Source: Strigamia acuminata
Taxonomy: Eukaryota
Length of the DNA: 64,000 bases
Reading direction: 5' to 3'
Assembly (NCBI GenBank): GCA_949358305.1
Contig: OX442314.1
Coordinates: forward strand, 10,540,001-10,604,000
How positions within the stretch are numbered: the first letter of the stretch is position 1; each line of letters opens with the position of its first letter. Below are positions 25,583 through 40,500 of this stretch, piece by piece. The translations under genes were made by a program, and so were the position numbers. The notes beneath the pieces are model-generated. The model had not been told where the DNA came from. It did no database searches and saw only the letters and a list, made by a program, of their open reading frames with translations.

Positions 25583-28500
25583 TCAAAAGGCGAAGTCACA
25601 GCCAGCGTCGAAAGCATCGCCGCCGCCGCCCAACCCCCCGTCGTAGCCGCCCAACATGTCGTAGTCGCCGCCGTAGTCGTCTCCGATCACATCGATGCCC
25701 ATGCCACCTACGACGCTGCCGTTGCAGTCGCCAGGGGCCGACAGGTGCGTGTTGTTAATGTTGTAGTCGTTGTCGAGAGTGTGGTTGTCGTAGTGCGAGA
25801 AGTTGTTGATTTGAGTGTGGTTGTTGATGTGGATATCCGAATCGTTGTTGTAGAAGCCGACGCCGCCGCCCCACGAGTGTCCGTAGTGACCGCCCCAGCC
25901 CCAGCCGAGGCCCCAGCCCCAGCCCGCGCCCGTGTTGAGCATGTTGCCCATGAGGAGGCCCGTGGCGAAGCCGTCCATGTGCGAGCCGCGGCCGCCGTCT
26001 CGGATCACCACCGTCGTGTTGCTGGGCGCTAGCGGGTGAGTGGACGGTTGCTGCATCGGAACTGTTCGCCCTCCGATCGGATTGTTGTCGTAATAGCGGC
26101 TCTCCGAATATGGCGGCGGAGGTGCTGAAACAAAAGAAATTTTTATTCCAAAGAAACCAAAATTCAAAATTTAAAATTGGCAGAATAATTGGCATTGAAA
26201 TAAATAAACATTTTAATAGCTCTAACGTATATTATGCTTTGATCCTTTAAGTTACGGTACAAGTAATGCCTGTTCGGATAATCAACGCTCTTCTGTACAC
26301 CCAATTCTGTTTTTACACTGTAGAAACGGTCCAAGACAAAGCTAAGTACACATGACCTGATTCCGTGCACGGAATGGTCACTTTCCGTGAGCAGCCAGAA
26401 GTATTGGTCGACATGGTACACATAGTTCCGCTTACCACACAAGGAAACTTTCTGGTGACCGGAATTCTATTCTTTCCGGCAGTAATGGTGCACGGAAAAA
26501 TTCAATAGTTTCCGTGCACGAACAAATTTTGAGTACCCGGAATGCATTGTGGTAATGCGATCGATCGTGACCGGTCGTACGTAAGACGGAGGTGGATACT
26601 GAATACAAAGACAGATAATACTAAAAATGTTTGATTAATTTATTTTATAATTTATTATTAATTATTAATTTAAAAATACTGTAATCCATTTATTTTGCAC
26701 AATCAAACTACAATATTTTGTAAAAGTGGTCGCCGTTTGTAATTACAAAACGTGCACGGATTGTGAGTACCAAACAATTTCCGCACACGGAAAGACACAG
26801 CCAAACACACAGGCGGAATTATTTTGTTTGCGGCGTGACAACCTGAAAATTCAGACTCTGAATATTCAGAGGCAATTTCGTGTAAATATGGAATTTTTTC
26901 TAAATCGTGTGAAAACAGACTTGTGTGTAATTTAATCTAATTTAATTTTTTAAATTGATATTTACGTAAATATCCCTGGGGCAGTGGAGGTGGTGGTGCC
27001 ACTTTATATTGTGAGTTGTTGGTGGTTTGATCCTGGTCCTGGTCCTGTCCACTCATCGGTGATGCTGTTGGTGGAAATGGCGGTGGGGGAAGCTGCAAAA
27101 AAACAGTTTTTTTCGGGAATAATTTATTAGGAGTGCCGGCAGGGGCGCGCTTAAGCCTCTGATTTCTAGGGGCCTCCAAAACCTGGCTTTAGAACGCTCA
27201 AAATAATTAAATAATTTTTTTTTTTAATTGAATTGATTTTCAAAATTTCCAAAACAATTGAAACAATTTACAAGTTAAAATTTGTCCTTTCAGAAATCTG
27301 GCAAGACTAAAAATAATTGCAGCATCTCGTCTCGCTTGCTCCACTGCTGATGATACAGTATATAAAACCGAAGCATTTTCTCTTGCACAGCAGTAGAGCA
27401 CCCCCTAGTGGCGACTGCCGCTTTCATAGCTTGGAAAGAATTAACTTCAAACTGGAGTCGCTTTTTAAAACTTTTTAAAGCCTGTTTCCTAACCTAAACT
27501 ACCACACGTCATTTGTACATCTCTATAAATTATAATAAATAAGGGGTTTCATTAAATGAGCTATGGTTTCGGTTTCCCGCCCTTTTCCAATTCCCGGCTC
27601 CCGGTACCAAAATGGCCGGTATTCCCGGGAAATCGGTACTCCCGGGAATTAAAATCAGGTGACAAAAAATGGCTAAAAATGGCCGTTTTTCGTAAAAAAA
27701 TGGCCAATTTTAGCCATTTTTCGTCAAAAAAAGCCTATTTTAGCCATTTTTGGTCAAAAATGGCCAATTTTAGCCATTTTTTATGGTAAAAATAGCCATT
27801 TTCATCATTGAAACATTACAAGTTGTAACGTTTCAAAGACGAAAATGATGTTTTAACGACGTTTTTTTGACGGAACCGGTTATTTTGTTCCCGATACCGT
27901 GATTTTTCACCGGGTTTCCCGGGAAATCGGTACCCCGGTTTCCCGGTACCGAAACCCTAAAATGAGCGATTATTGTGATTAGTTGATTATTGCAATAATC
28001 ATAATCATCCAATTATTGAGGGCCCAACAAAAATCTGATTATGTGATTATCGCTCCGATGGGCGGAATTGTTTAAATTGTAACCTAAATACGTTGCAATT
28101 GTTTAAAAAAAGTTCCTACAAATAATAATTGCAACTACCTAACTCGTTTCATGTGTTCAGTTTAACCTAAACTGAGCAGACTTTGTTATATTATGACCTT
28201 GTATAGTTTAAGCGGATCTGGCGCCGTCATGTTGGTTTCAGTTGACAGAGCACTTATAATCGGCCCAAGTCAGCAGAAAATCATGGTTTGGGATGATTAC
28301 TTGATTAGTTGCTTAGTTGCTTATTTGATGAAATGATTATTCTTGGGATTGGCTGAATCCAGTCACATCAAGTAATCGACTAATCAAAGTAATCAACTAA
28401 TCGCTCATTTGATGAAACCCCTTAATGACATGACTGGGCATCCATACCACATCAGATAATGTTATCGGCGATATTTCAAAATTTGCGTATCGATCAAAGT

Positions 28501-31500
28501 TTAGTACAAGCCCTTTAAAGCTCAAGAAATCCGCCTTAATGAGTTTATCAAACGCCTTTGTTTCCCATCTTTTTTGGCTTAATTTTTCCTCCATTACTTT
28601 TATACAGTTTAGAGGTTTTTCATGGCCACTTGTTCCTCACTTGCATCCATTCAGCTGATACAGATTAAGCCATGTTGGCCTAATATTACTTTTTCAAAGT
28701 GATAATAAAACTAAAGATGAGATTAAAAACTTGAGTCTAAGCACACTGGTAAACTCATAAGCAACTGGTTATTACCCAAACCCTATCCAGGCGATTTGAT
28801 GCCACAAATAACAAATTAGTGTTTAATGAGGATAGACCATAAACCTATTATTTCTAATTTGTTTACAATAGTATAAACATAAATGCCAGCTATCAACATG
28901 ACACCAAAATTGTTTCCAAAAATTTATCGATCTCAATGCATTGTGCAATGTCAAGCTGTAAACAAAGGCTACTAGAGAAAACATACTGATTGGCCGATAG
29001 AACTAAGAAATGTTTTCGTCCATGTTGAAAGCGTGGGTGTTAGTACTACATAGGACGATTAACTACAGGACTTCCGATCAGGGCGGGACTGGGAACAAAT
29101 TTTTTGCCGGGAAATCTGGGTGTCCGGGCCACAATTAATGCATTATCGAGTAATATCGCTAGCAATATCGATTAGTATCTCCTCATATACTCGAGTTGCA
29201 CTCAAAAAGGCACCTCACAATGTGTACTCCCATTGGTGGAGCCAGTTTACTGGTGTAGTGATCCGGAAAAGTAGACCCAAACACCAGAATTGCATTACAA
29301 TGTACAGACATTGCAATCGATTGCCTAGGCAACGGCCTAAAATTCAAACTTCCAGACAATGTAAGCAATAAACACAACAAACATGAGTTTGACATTTTTT
29401 AATGTGTAAAACTTCATTTTAATGATGGAAATAAGATTTTTTATTTAATAATATCAAAATAACATTAACTAAACTAGTCATAACAATCACAACAATAAAT
29501 AAAAATCAAAACTACTTCTCCTAGTAGTAGTATACAGTCTGGAGTTAGTAGTAAACTGACTCGACCAATGGGAGTACACATTGTAAGGTGCCTTTTTGAG
29601 TGCAACTCGAGTATAGTTTAAAATATCGAATAAAGAATTCTTTTACTTTGCACTTGTACTTTGCCCCACCATTCCTTATAATTATTCAGCTTAAAAATAA
29701 TCTCATTAGTTGCTTCATCTTCACAAGTCTTGGTTCTCACAACACCCTACCGTTTGATATTACATTATCTATTTAAAATGCTTATAAAATTCCTTGCGTT
29801 TAACTTACAGTCTACATTCCAAACAATTTTCATCTTTTGATTATGAACTTCACATCACTCCATGGTCTCCTTCATTAAAACTGTCATTTGCAAGTATTAA
29901 AACGAAAATAAATAACAATTTCCCTTTCTAAACTTTTCTCACTTGTCACTTCACTTCCTTCGCTTCCGTAACATCCTCTAAACCACTTTCCCATCAATTT
30001 GTATTCAATTTTCCAATTCATTTTTTTAAAATCATAAGATAAAAGCGAATGTGAAAATAGCCCAAAGGGGGCTCATCCACTCAGTGCACCCGTGGCGTTT
30101 TCATTTTGCTTTTCAATTCAAAATTCAGAATTAGTCTCCGGAGTCCCCCCATGCCTAATCCAATTGAGTTCCTTCTACATCTCCTGACAAAAAAAAATAA
30201 AAAAAAATCCAAAAAATCGCACACACTTCATTCAAAACTCAAAAGGTGGGCAGAAATAGAAATTGTTCTATTTCCACTTAGAAATTCCAAATTACCTGTC
30301 AGCTCAAACGCAAAACTCGACAAGTTTTCAAGAGAAATAAGTGAGAAAAATATAAGGAAAAGTTTGCAAAGAGGAAGAAGAAGAGCGATAAAAGCAGAGG
30401 TCGTCGAGGCTGCGAATCAATCAAAAAGCGCGCTTCTTTTAAGCGTCGCTATCACGTCCTTGGTGACTCCTCGCCACCCCTGACAACGACGCCTCGTAGC
30501 CATGGTCGCGGGCGGGACGCGGGGGAATCGAGGGCGGACGCTGTGGTTTGATTGGATTTTTCGATCACTGCCGCAAGACGCAGGTCGACCATGGAGACGA
30601 CAACATTCATCATCAACTCACCGTATTACTAATGGCCGTCATCCAGTCACTGAAAAAATAGAAAAAAAGAAGAGAAAAATTATGAAATAAATGATTGAAA
30701 GCACGCAGCGCATCTCCGGGGCATTACAACAGCGCTCTGTTGTATATTTCCTAAGCTATTTTAGAAAATTTTACGGATATTTAGAATTTGACTGTAGAAA
30801 GTGGGAGACGGCAAATCATATAAAACATGTTTCGTTACTACACCATTTGCCATGTTTACATGTTGGATGTAAGGTGATTGAGGTTGTTGAGAATAACGGA
30901 CAAGGTATTAACGTTAACGTGGTAAAACCGGAAGTGGTTCCCTTAAAGTTTAATACCGTATTTATACATAGTGCGCTAGGTGGCGCTTTAAAGAAATGAC
31001 ATCATAGTTCATCCCAACATTACATCTACTCAGTTAATACTCATAAGCAGTTTCCTGCATAGGAAACCAGTCTGCCCACAGAAACTTCTGTGGTGCAGGA
31101 AGTAGCGATCGGTCTTGACAATTTGTGACCGGTCGTAATTTTTTTTAGCCGGTCTCAAATATGGCAGCAATCAGTTCTACCAACAAATGCAAACAACTGT
31201 ATATTCTATTTATAAAAAGAGATTATTAGTTTATAAATAAAATTACAAATTAAAAACAAACTAGCAATCCTATTCATCCTAACTCCAAAAGTAGCCTTAA
31301 AAATTTTTATTGGCATCCATCTTGTTTCTTTTCCATGGCCATTCACCATTTCTTTTCTGTTGCATAGAGCTGTGAGTACCACAAAAAGTCTGGTGTGACA
31401 GACTGGCACATGTTCTGCTACCAGATGATTCCGATAGGCTTTTCTGTCATGTCTATAAACACGGGAAAGTCTGTGGGCATACACTTCTGTTAGCAGATGA

Positions 31501-34500
31501 TCGTATGAGTACTAGGCTTTATTTGGAAAACTAAATTCCAGTTGTACGAGGTAGATTTTGGGGCGTTTTGCGCATTGCAAACTATGCTATATTCTTGTAG
31601 CATTGTTTTCCAAGTTGTGACTTTAATTTTTCCACTTCTAAAAATTAAATTTGTTTATAAAGAGTCGGGCAGATTGATGTGCACTGCCAAAACCCCTCAA
31701 CTGAAAAACGGAGCGACGACCGAGGTTATACTGCATTTGCCGAGTAACCACACCGAAAGAAAGAAAGAAATAAAGAAACAGACAAATGGAAGATAGAGCA
31801 GAGGGTAATCAATAAAAGAGATAGTAAACTTTCGGATAAAAAAAAATAAAAAAATGTAAAAAAAAAAAATACACCATAAAATTGTTAAACCTCATAAAAC
31901 AGATGTACGAGCGTATAAAAAAACATACATGTAGATAAAAGCAGCGAAAAATTATTCAAAGACCTAAAGGTGAGGCCGAAGCTTGTAAATCAACCATAAA
32001 TCATTTTTAGGCTTATTTGCAAGCGTGTTCACGCTGCCCTTTGCATTTAGAGCCATCTAGAGCTCAACACTTGTGATTAAAATTGAATTATCTCGACTCT
32101 GGATTCATCTTGTTACATCCCCAGAGAGATAGGGAGAGAAAGAGATGGAGAGGAGCGCGAAAAGCATCTCCATCGCGTTTGTGGGGCAATTAACGAAACA
32201 GCAGATCTGCTCTTGTTTACGTTACACGGGAGGTCAATAACACGCGAGTCAAGTGCAAATTCAATTTGTCAGCTTCAACATTTTTGTGTAATGTTAAAAT
32301 TAAACTTCATTTGCAGTCGCAGTGCAAGAGTCACAAAAGACCTATCGCTTTTGTTTGACAAGCACAACCCGGCTACTCTGCAACTGGCAATCAAATTAAA
32401 CTCGCTCATTTCCTGCTTTGATCCCAACGCGACGAGCATGCGCATTAATTAGCACTTCATTTAAGCACAAAGTCTCGTGCAGTGCAAAACATGCCACATC
32501 ACCACCTCGCCCGTTTGTTCGTCGTTATGTGCCACCGCAAAGTGGCAAAGACCATCCACAAATTACACATATTTTCACATAATTTTGACATAGATCTTAA
32601 CTTGACCACAATGACCGTCAATAACTATAATTCTTACCGCCAACCACAATCTTTTCGAGAAGAGTGGTGTCCATGTAAACAAGGGAATTTCGCTTGGATG
32701 AGGATTTTTGGCGGTTTTGTGCTTTGGGATTTGTTGTGTATTCAAAAATAATTGTTTTTTAGTCTAAAAATGAATGTTTTGATAAAAAAAATGAATGGTT
32801 TGACCGAAAAATAAATGTTTTTGACAGAATAATGAATGTTTGTGACCGAATAATGAATGTTTCGACCGAATAATGAAAGTTTTTGATCTTAAAAATCAAT
32901 TTTTTTGATCTTAAAAATCAATTTTTTTGATCTTAAAAACAATTTTTTTGATATTAAAAATCAATTTTTTTATGGTATAAATCAATTTTTTGTACAAAAA
33001 ATCAATTTATTGTACTAAAAATCAATTTTTTGTACTGAAAATCAATTTTTTGTTCTAAAAATCAATTTTTTGGCCTTTAAAATAAGTTTTTGGACCTAAA
33101 AATCATTTAATTACATAATTAGTCTTAAAAATAAATTTTTTTCAATACTCAAGGGTGTGGCGACGACCCCTTACCCTGGTACGTCCGCCATTCACCCTAG
33201 AGTCAGAATTAATCCTATTTGCTGTACATAGTTTACAATAGAATTTAAAATTCAGTCAAGCTCACAGGGCACTTTTATCTTAAAATTGATTCTACCTTCA
33301 TTATTAATGTTTATCATTACAATTTATCAAAAAAAACATGAAAAAAAACCCCAAGAGCGCCTAATACGACAGGAACAGGCCTGTTGTTCCGTGTAACAAA
33401 TCTGCTCCCCTTATTAGTCATTCCTATCCAGTCCCTGAAAAAAATAAGCACGTGACTGATGACCCTTTTTCCCCCCTCATTCTGTAATAGTTTCTATCAA
33501 CCTGCAATATATTAAGTCAAAAAGCTAATATAGCAAAAGAGAAAGTATAATAGATAAGTATAATGAAATGCCACACACCCTTGTGACAAAACACAAAAGC
33601 CCAATTGCATTACATTTCCGCTTGGAAAACGTATAAGGCATTAAAATTTTTTTTTTTTTTTTTTAAAGAAAAAAGAATAATGGAATAGAGGTTTCTGTCC
33701 CCTTAACATAAATGGATCTTGTCGAGGCAAAAGAGGGACGGATCGAAGTAAAATGCATGAAGCGCGCATCCTCAATTGCAAATGATTCTGTTTACGACCA
33801 CAACCAGCGCAGACTTTGCTTCATCCTCGTTATCGCTTAATAGATATCATATCACCAAGTGGCGTTATAGGGAAAGAGAAAAACATCCACAAACAACACC
33901 TCAGTTAAGACGTGTGCACATCTATTTGATAAATCTCACATTAATCGTCGAAATTAAGCAATTGCTGTCGGATAATGGTCAATTTTTAGTCAACCACGTT
34001 CATTATCACTCCACAATCACTTATTGACATTGAATTTTGCTAAGAATCAGAAAAATCTCAGATTTGTTTGCAGAAATCAAACATGGCATGGGATACCGGG
34101 AATTTCCTGGTGGCCCGTAACGCTGCGAATTTTTTTTACCGGGCTGAAGTTGGCACCACATTCACATTCGCCCAAACTACAGACAGAACAGATCCCAATT
34201 TTTTTTACCACGGATTTCAATGGTTTTACACCGAAAGATAGAGGACTTAACAAACCCTGAAAAGTACAAGTCTCGACCCCTCTTAGTTTTCGACCGGCAA
34301 CCATTTGAATATTTCGCAACAGAGATTTAACTTAGAACAAATGGCGACCATTGGTTTCTAAACCATCTATATATTGAATCTTTATCTACAATTTATCACA
34401 ACTGCCGTGCAGAAATGGGATAAAATCTCTCCAGAGACTCTAGCATTAATTATTGTGAAATATGTTACTTGTGATAATGATTTTCAATCTGGAAGTGTTC

Positions 34501-37500
34501 TTCGGAAAAAAGTAAATGTTGATCTAGCAGAGTATAAATTTTCTTGTAACAAAAAAATTGAACATTGGTTATACAATGCATACAAAAAGAATACTAGTGG
34601 TTTAAAAGCTAACGTTAATAACAATTTCATACACAAAGATTTGATTTTGCTTGTTAAACCAAGTGATAAGACTTAAGTTATAATGAAAAGCAAGAAAAAT
34701 TAATTGTTTCATTTTTTCTGAATTAGCACTTAGATCATCAGCAGGTTTAGGAAATTTATCATCACAGAAAGGACAAATGAATGTACTGATTAATTGAACT
34801 TGGGTAACAGATCCATCTTCATTAACAAATTTAAAATGGAACCAATTTAAACAATAATCACAACGAACCATTTGACTGCCCCTTACACTTGAAGTGTTAC
34901 ACACAAAACATATTCTGCTACCAGCGCCATCTTCAATTTACGACTGCAGTTTGTGTTGGTTCCTATTCGGTTCCACAAAGATTTCGAATGTCCAAGTAAT
35001 GAAAACACACGTTGTAACGGGAACATAAAATAACACGTCTTTACTTTACGGTAAATTTTACAACAATTCAATTGCACGTGCATTACGTGCGTGCAACGTT
35101 CACACATTTGATAACGTTAAAACCTTTGATAATTTGTAACAATAGATTAAATCTAACAAACCCTCCTTACAAATTTTTATAAGTTTTAAAATGAATTAAG
35201 AAAAACTAAAACTAACATTCAATGAAATTCGAAAACAAAAACAAAAAACATGAATAAAATATTATTTCGAACTTAAAACTATTTGTCTTCGTCTTCGTTC
35301 TTCTCTTCGTCCTCGTTTATCTTAACTTCTCCTCTCAGACTCACGCCGTCGCGTCCCTCCATGAATTTGTCTTTCGCGACCGCCTTCGTCAGGAAATCAG
35401 CAATCATGTCACCTGTTGGTAAATGGATTAATTCAATGTTGCCAAGTTTTATCTCGTCCCTTATGAACATCAAGTGTCGGTTCATATGTTTAGTTCTTCC
35501 AAACTGGTTCGAACCGCACAAAATCTGCATTGCTGGTTGACTGTCCGTGAAGATTGGTACTTTTCTCTGCACACAGCTTCCTTCGCCCACTTCACTCAAA
35601 AAGTCTCGCGCCCATTTTATGGATTTCAGCAATTCGCAGATGGCCAAAATCTCGCTTTCTGTCGATGACATCGCGACTAATCGTTGTTTTTTGGTTTTCC
35701 ACGTTATTGTTGTTGATCCAATTTTTACTATCATCCCTGTATGTGATTTTGCATCTTGGGTGACGTTCCAGCTTGCGTCCGCAAATCCTTGTAATTTCCC
35801 CTCCTCATTTGAGAAAAACAATCGCATCTCAATCGTCTTCTTCAGATATCGCATCACTCGTTTGACCGCTCTGAAGTGTAATTGGCGCGGATCTCTTGAA
35901 TATGCTGACAACGCACTTATTGCGAATGATATGTCCGGTCGTGATATTATCATCACGTGCATCAGCGATCCTATCATTTGCTGATAAAGTTGCTGGTCGA
36001 CTCTTTTCGATTTCTCAAAATCATCTAAGTCTTGTCCAGTAGCCATTGGTGTGTTTGCAGTGACTCCGTCCATCAGCTCGTATCTCTTCAAAACATCGTT
36101 TATGTATTTTTGTTGACCAATTAGAATTCCGTTGTCCATTATCGAAATTTCCATTCCCAAAAGAAAATGCACTTCCCCCAAGTCAACAATTTCAAAAACT
36201 CGTTTTATCTTCTTTAGAATCCGGTCCAATATCTTTTGACTAGTAAACGCTGCCAAAATGTCATCTACGTACACCCCCAGAATAATAAAGTCATTTTTTC
36301 TCTTGTAAATATACACACACCTGTCGTTGATTAGTGGTGTCAGGCCAATTTTCTGCAATTCCGTGTCCAGTCTCTCGTTCCAACATCTCCCTGATTGTCT
36401 CAGGCCGTACAGGCTTCGTTCAAGTCTGCAAATCAAGTCCTTCTGTTCATATCCCTCTGGCTGCTCCATGAAAATCGTTTCATCAATCAGGCCGTACAGG
36501 TAAGCTGTTTTTATGTCAAATTGACGCGTCATCAATTTGTGTTTGGCCACCATGGATAAAATGATGCGGAGTGATTCGACTCTTACAACTGGCGAGAAAG
36601 TTTCCGTGTAATCAATGCCTGCTCTCTGGGAATACCCCACTGCCACCAATCTTGCCTTGTATTTATTTACACTCCTGTCCACGTTGAGTTTTATCCGATA
36701 AATCCATTTGCTCTTTATCGTAGTCATTTGTTTTTCCTTCTTCACCAATGTCCAAACATTGTTCACGTGCAATGAGTCTATTTCACTATCCATCGCCGTT
36801 TTCCATTTTTCTTTTTCGTCGCAATTTATTGCTTGCTCGTATGTTTCCGGTGTAAATAAGTCGTCAACGCCTTCGAATGCTGCATTCGCTGCCTCAACCG
36901 CTGCGTTCACTGCTTCATGTTGTGCTGCGATGCGCTGTGATCGTCGTACACCTTCTTGTTGCAATTGTCGCTCACGCTGCTCCATTTGTTCCGCGTGTCG
37001 CTGCTCGAGCACGGCTTGTGTTGTTCCTCGAGGCCTGCCAACCTGCGCTGGTTGATCTCGTTGCAGCTCTTGTTGTTCATCTTCAACAATCACTGCAGGC
37101 TGTTGAACATTGTTGTCATCGTTAGCATTTGTTTCTCCAATTGCCTCGTCTTCGAATTCTTGACAAAAACGCCTATTCTCGTCCGGTTTTGTCAAATTAA
37201 AGATGTCCGCCCCTCGAATTTCTTCATTAAATTCCACCGTTCTACCTTCTTGTATTTTCTTTTCTGCTGGGACGTAAATCCTAAACGCCTTTCTATCCGT
37301 CGAATATCCCACGAATATTCCGCGTTTTGCTTTTTGATCAAGCTTTTGCCTCTTCTCTGCTGGGATGTGCAGGAATGCCTCACAACCAAAAACTCGAAGA
37401 TGTTTTATTGATTGCTTGCGTTTTAACCACATTTCCTCCGGAACTAAATCACCATTTGGTTTCGTCAAAGTTCGGTTTTTTACGTGTATCGACGTTGAAA

Positions 37501-40500
37501 ATGCTTCGGCCCAAAATATTTGCGGTAGGCCCGATTCCAAAAGCAATGTTCGTGTCGCCTCAACGAGCGTTCGATTCGTACGCTCCGCAATGCCGTTGCT
37601 GGCTGCATTGAATGGCACTGTGAGCTCGTGCAATATGCCTTCATCGTTGCATAAACGTTTAAAATTCTCGTTGACAAACTCGCCTCCGTTGTCGCTTCTA
37701 ATACGCTTTAATTTATTTCCCGTTTGTTTTTCCGCCATCGCTTTAAACGATTTGAAGAAGTCAAATGTTTGAGATTTCTCGCTCATGAAATAAGCAAATT
37801 TCTTGCGGGTAAAGTCTTCAGTAATTACAAAAGCGTACCTGCTTCCTCCCATTGATGGTGTCTTGAATGGTCCAATCAAATCCATGTGTATTAGTTGCAA
37901 AACATCATCCGACTGCTTTTCGTTTATTCGTTTGTACGGGCTCTTCGTCATTTTTCCGAGTATGCACGCGGTGCATTTCTCCAATGGTGCATTGTTGTAT
38001 TCCAACCCGTAAACCAATTCCTTGTTGGTCATCTTGTCGATTGTTCGTTCGTTTGCATGACACAATCGTTTATGCCATATTTCCTTGGTTTGTTTAGTTG
38101 TCGTGGCAACCGCATTCGCTTGCTCTTCTTTTTTCAGTTGCAATAAATACATGGTGCCACACTTCGCTCCCTTTCCAATCGTCTCTCCAATTGGACTATT
38201 AATGTCCGCCCAGTTTCCTCTGAATTGAACGGTGTAGTTCTTTGCCGTCAAGCGCGGAATTGAGAGCAAATTTCCTTTTAGCTCTGGAACAAAGAGCACA
38301 TCTTGCAGCAAAATCTTCATTGTTGCTGCTCCGTCGAGTTGACAATCCAAAATTATGCTTCCTTTTCCAGTTGCTAGAAGCTTCACACCTTTCTTGGCTG
38401 TGGTTATTGTTGTCTCCATCTCAACAAACGTTTTAAACAGCTCGCGCTTGCTCGACATATGCACAGAAGCTCCTGAATCTAAAATCCAGTCGTCAAGGTG
38501 ATCACTCGATTCCAATTCAACCACTAGCGCGTGTTGTATTGTTGCAAATTCTACTTCGGCCTGCGCCATCTTTGCAGCCTCCTTTGGTCTCTGCGTCATT
38601 TTCGTGGGGCGCTTCTCTGGATGGCGCTGCCAACAGTCTTTGGCAATATGGCCACTTTTGCCACACTCATAACAAACAAATTTTGTCCCACCTTTTGTTT
38701 TCCTGCCTCCCGAATTTTTTCCGACTTGTGCCTTGAACGCCACTGTCCCGCTTTCCGTCGCTGCTCCTTTCAAATTAAACGCTGACCATTGGTCCTCCAT
38801 TTTGAGTTCACGTCGTAATTCTTCAATTGTTGCGGCTGCATTCGATCGAAAATTCCTCGCAATGTGGGAAAATCTTGTCACGAGACTACGCGTCACGTAC
38901 ATCATCAATTCGCGATCTTTTATGTCACGTCCGACTGCCTTGGCTCTCGATTGAATTGACTTTGCCCTGTTTAAGTAGCTGTCCACTGCTTCGTCGTGTC
39001 TCATACGTAATTCGCACAATTCTGCCGCCGCGTCGATTTGACGTTCCTCCGTCGTTCCGGCGTACAGCGCTTTTAACGCATCCCAAACTTCTTTTGCACT
39101 GGTTTTCCCCATGCAATTCGTCGCTTCCTCGTTCGAAACGGTCAAAATAATGATGCCGAGTGCCTCGTTGTTGTTTTTCACCCAAGTGTTATATTTTACG
39201 AGATTATCTGCGTAACCCGCAGAGCCCACCACCGGTTCCACCACCGCTGGGTCCGTGATCATATTTTTCAAACTTTTAGCTGCTAATAAAGTTCCAACCT
39301 TAAACTGCCAGATGAAATAGTTCTCCGGTGTAAGAAGATCAATTCGATTCAACGAACCGCCCGAAATCGCATCCGCCATTTTTCACGACGTTCGATTTTC
39401 GAATTCCGTCACGTGCGCACTTCGTTCTCACTCGAATCTTCGAAAAATGTCGTCTGAGTGCCGTGGATACTTCTTTTCGAAGAAAAACCGGCCTTCTGCT
39501 ACCACTTGTTGGTTCCTATTCGGTTCCACAAAGATTTCGAATGTCCAAGTAATGAAAACACACGTTGTAACGGGAACATAAAATAACACGTCTTTACTTT
39601 ACGGTAAATTTTACAACAATTCAATTGCACGTGCATTACGTGCGTGCAACGTTCACACATTTGATAACGTTAAAACCTTTGATAATTTGTAACAATAGAT
39701 TAAATCTAACAGTTTGGCGATATATTGCGATTACACCGCTAGTTCTAAGCGATATATCGCAAAAATATCGCCAAACTGCAGTATCGCATTCACATTCGCT
39801 TCAAAGAGAAATCACAGGCCTAGTTGTACATAAAAGTAATCCAAAACACCTGAATTACAACCAATCCCCAGACATTTTAATCGATTATCTGTTTGCATGA
39901 TGAATGTTTTGAGGCATGTAGGAGATTTAACTACTTAATTAATTAATTGAGCCTTGACTAGAATAGTAACTAACTAATCATGAAAAAGGCAAAATAATTT
40001 CTTTTTCAATTTTTTCAATTGCTTATTGTCTCTTCCTTACTTGCTTCTTGGGCGCTATCACCACTTTACTTTCTTCCTGCTTTATTTCTCTCCCACAATA
40101 CAACTTGTTCTTGCATTACTGTTAATTTTTAATGCCTAGTGTGAACTCTTTTAGAAATACTTAAGAATACAAACACGTGCAGTTGTTTCTAGACCCCTAG
40201 GGTGAATACTCTTTAACTGGGTTTTGTCTGGTTTCTTCAGTTCTCAGCATACAAGCTCAAGCCTGGGTCCATCAAGAAAGCAGTCCCACAGGATGCCCCC
40301 TTACATGTCCTCAAACTCTGAACAAGCTTTCAGACTTTGAGGTCACGACTGGGTTAGGTCAAACTCAATCCATCAATCTCAGTGATGGCAAAGTTAGGAT
40401 GAGTCAGCCCATGGGTACCGCCAGAGTGGTCCACATTGGCACGCTCGTATTATCTTTAGTTGATTAGATTAGTTTAGGCTTGGACGATTAATACAGAACT

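Noticed and set aside
35283..39185. Antisense and alternate-frame ORFs within the copia element
   Set aside because: They are shadow ORFs of the long Gag-Pol frame with no motifs of their own.
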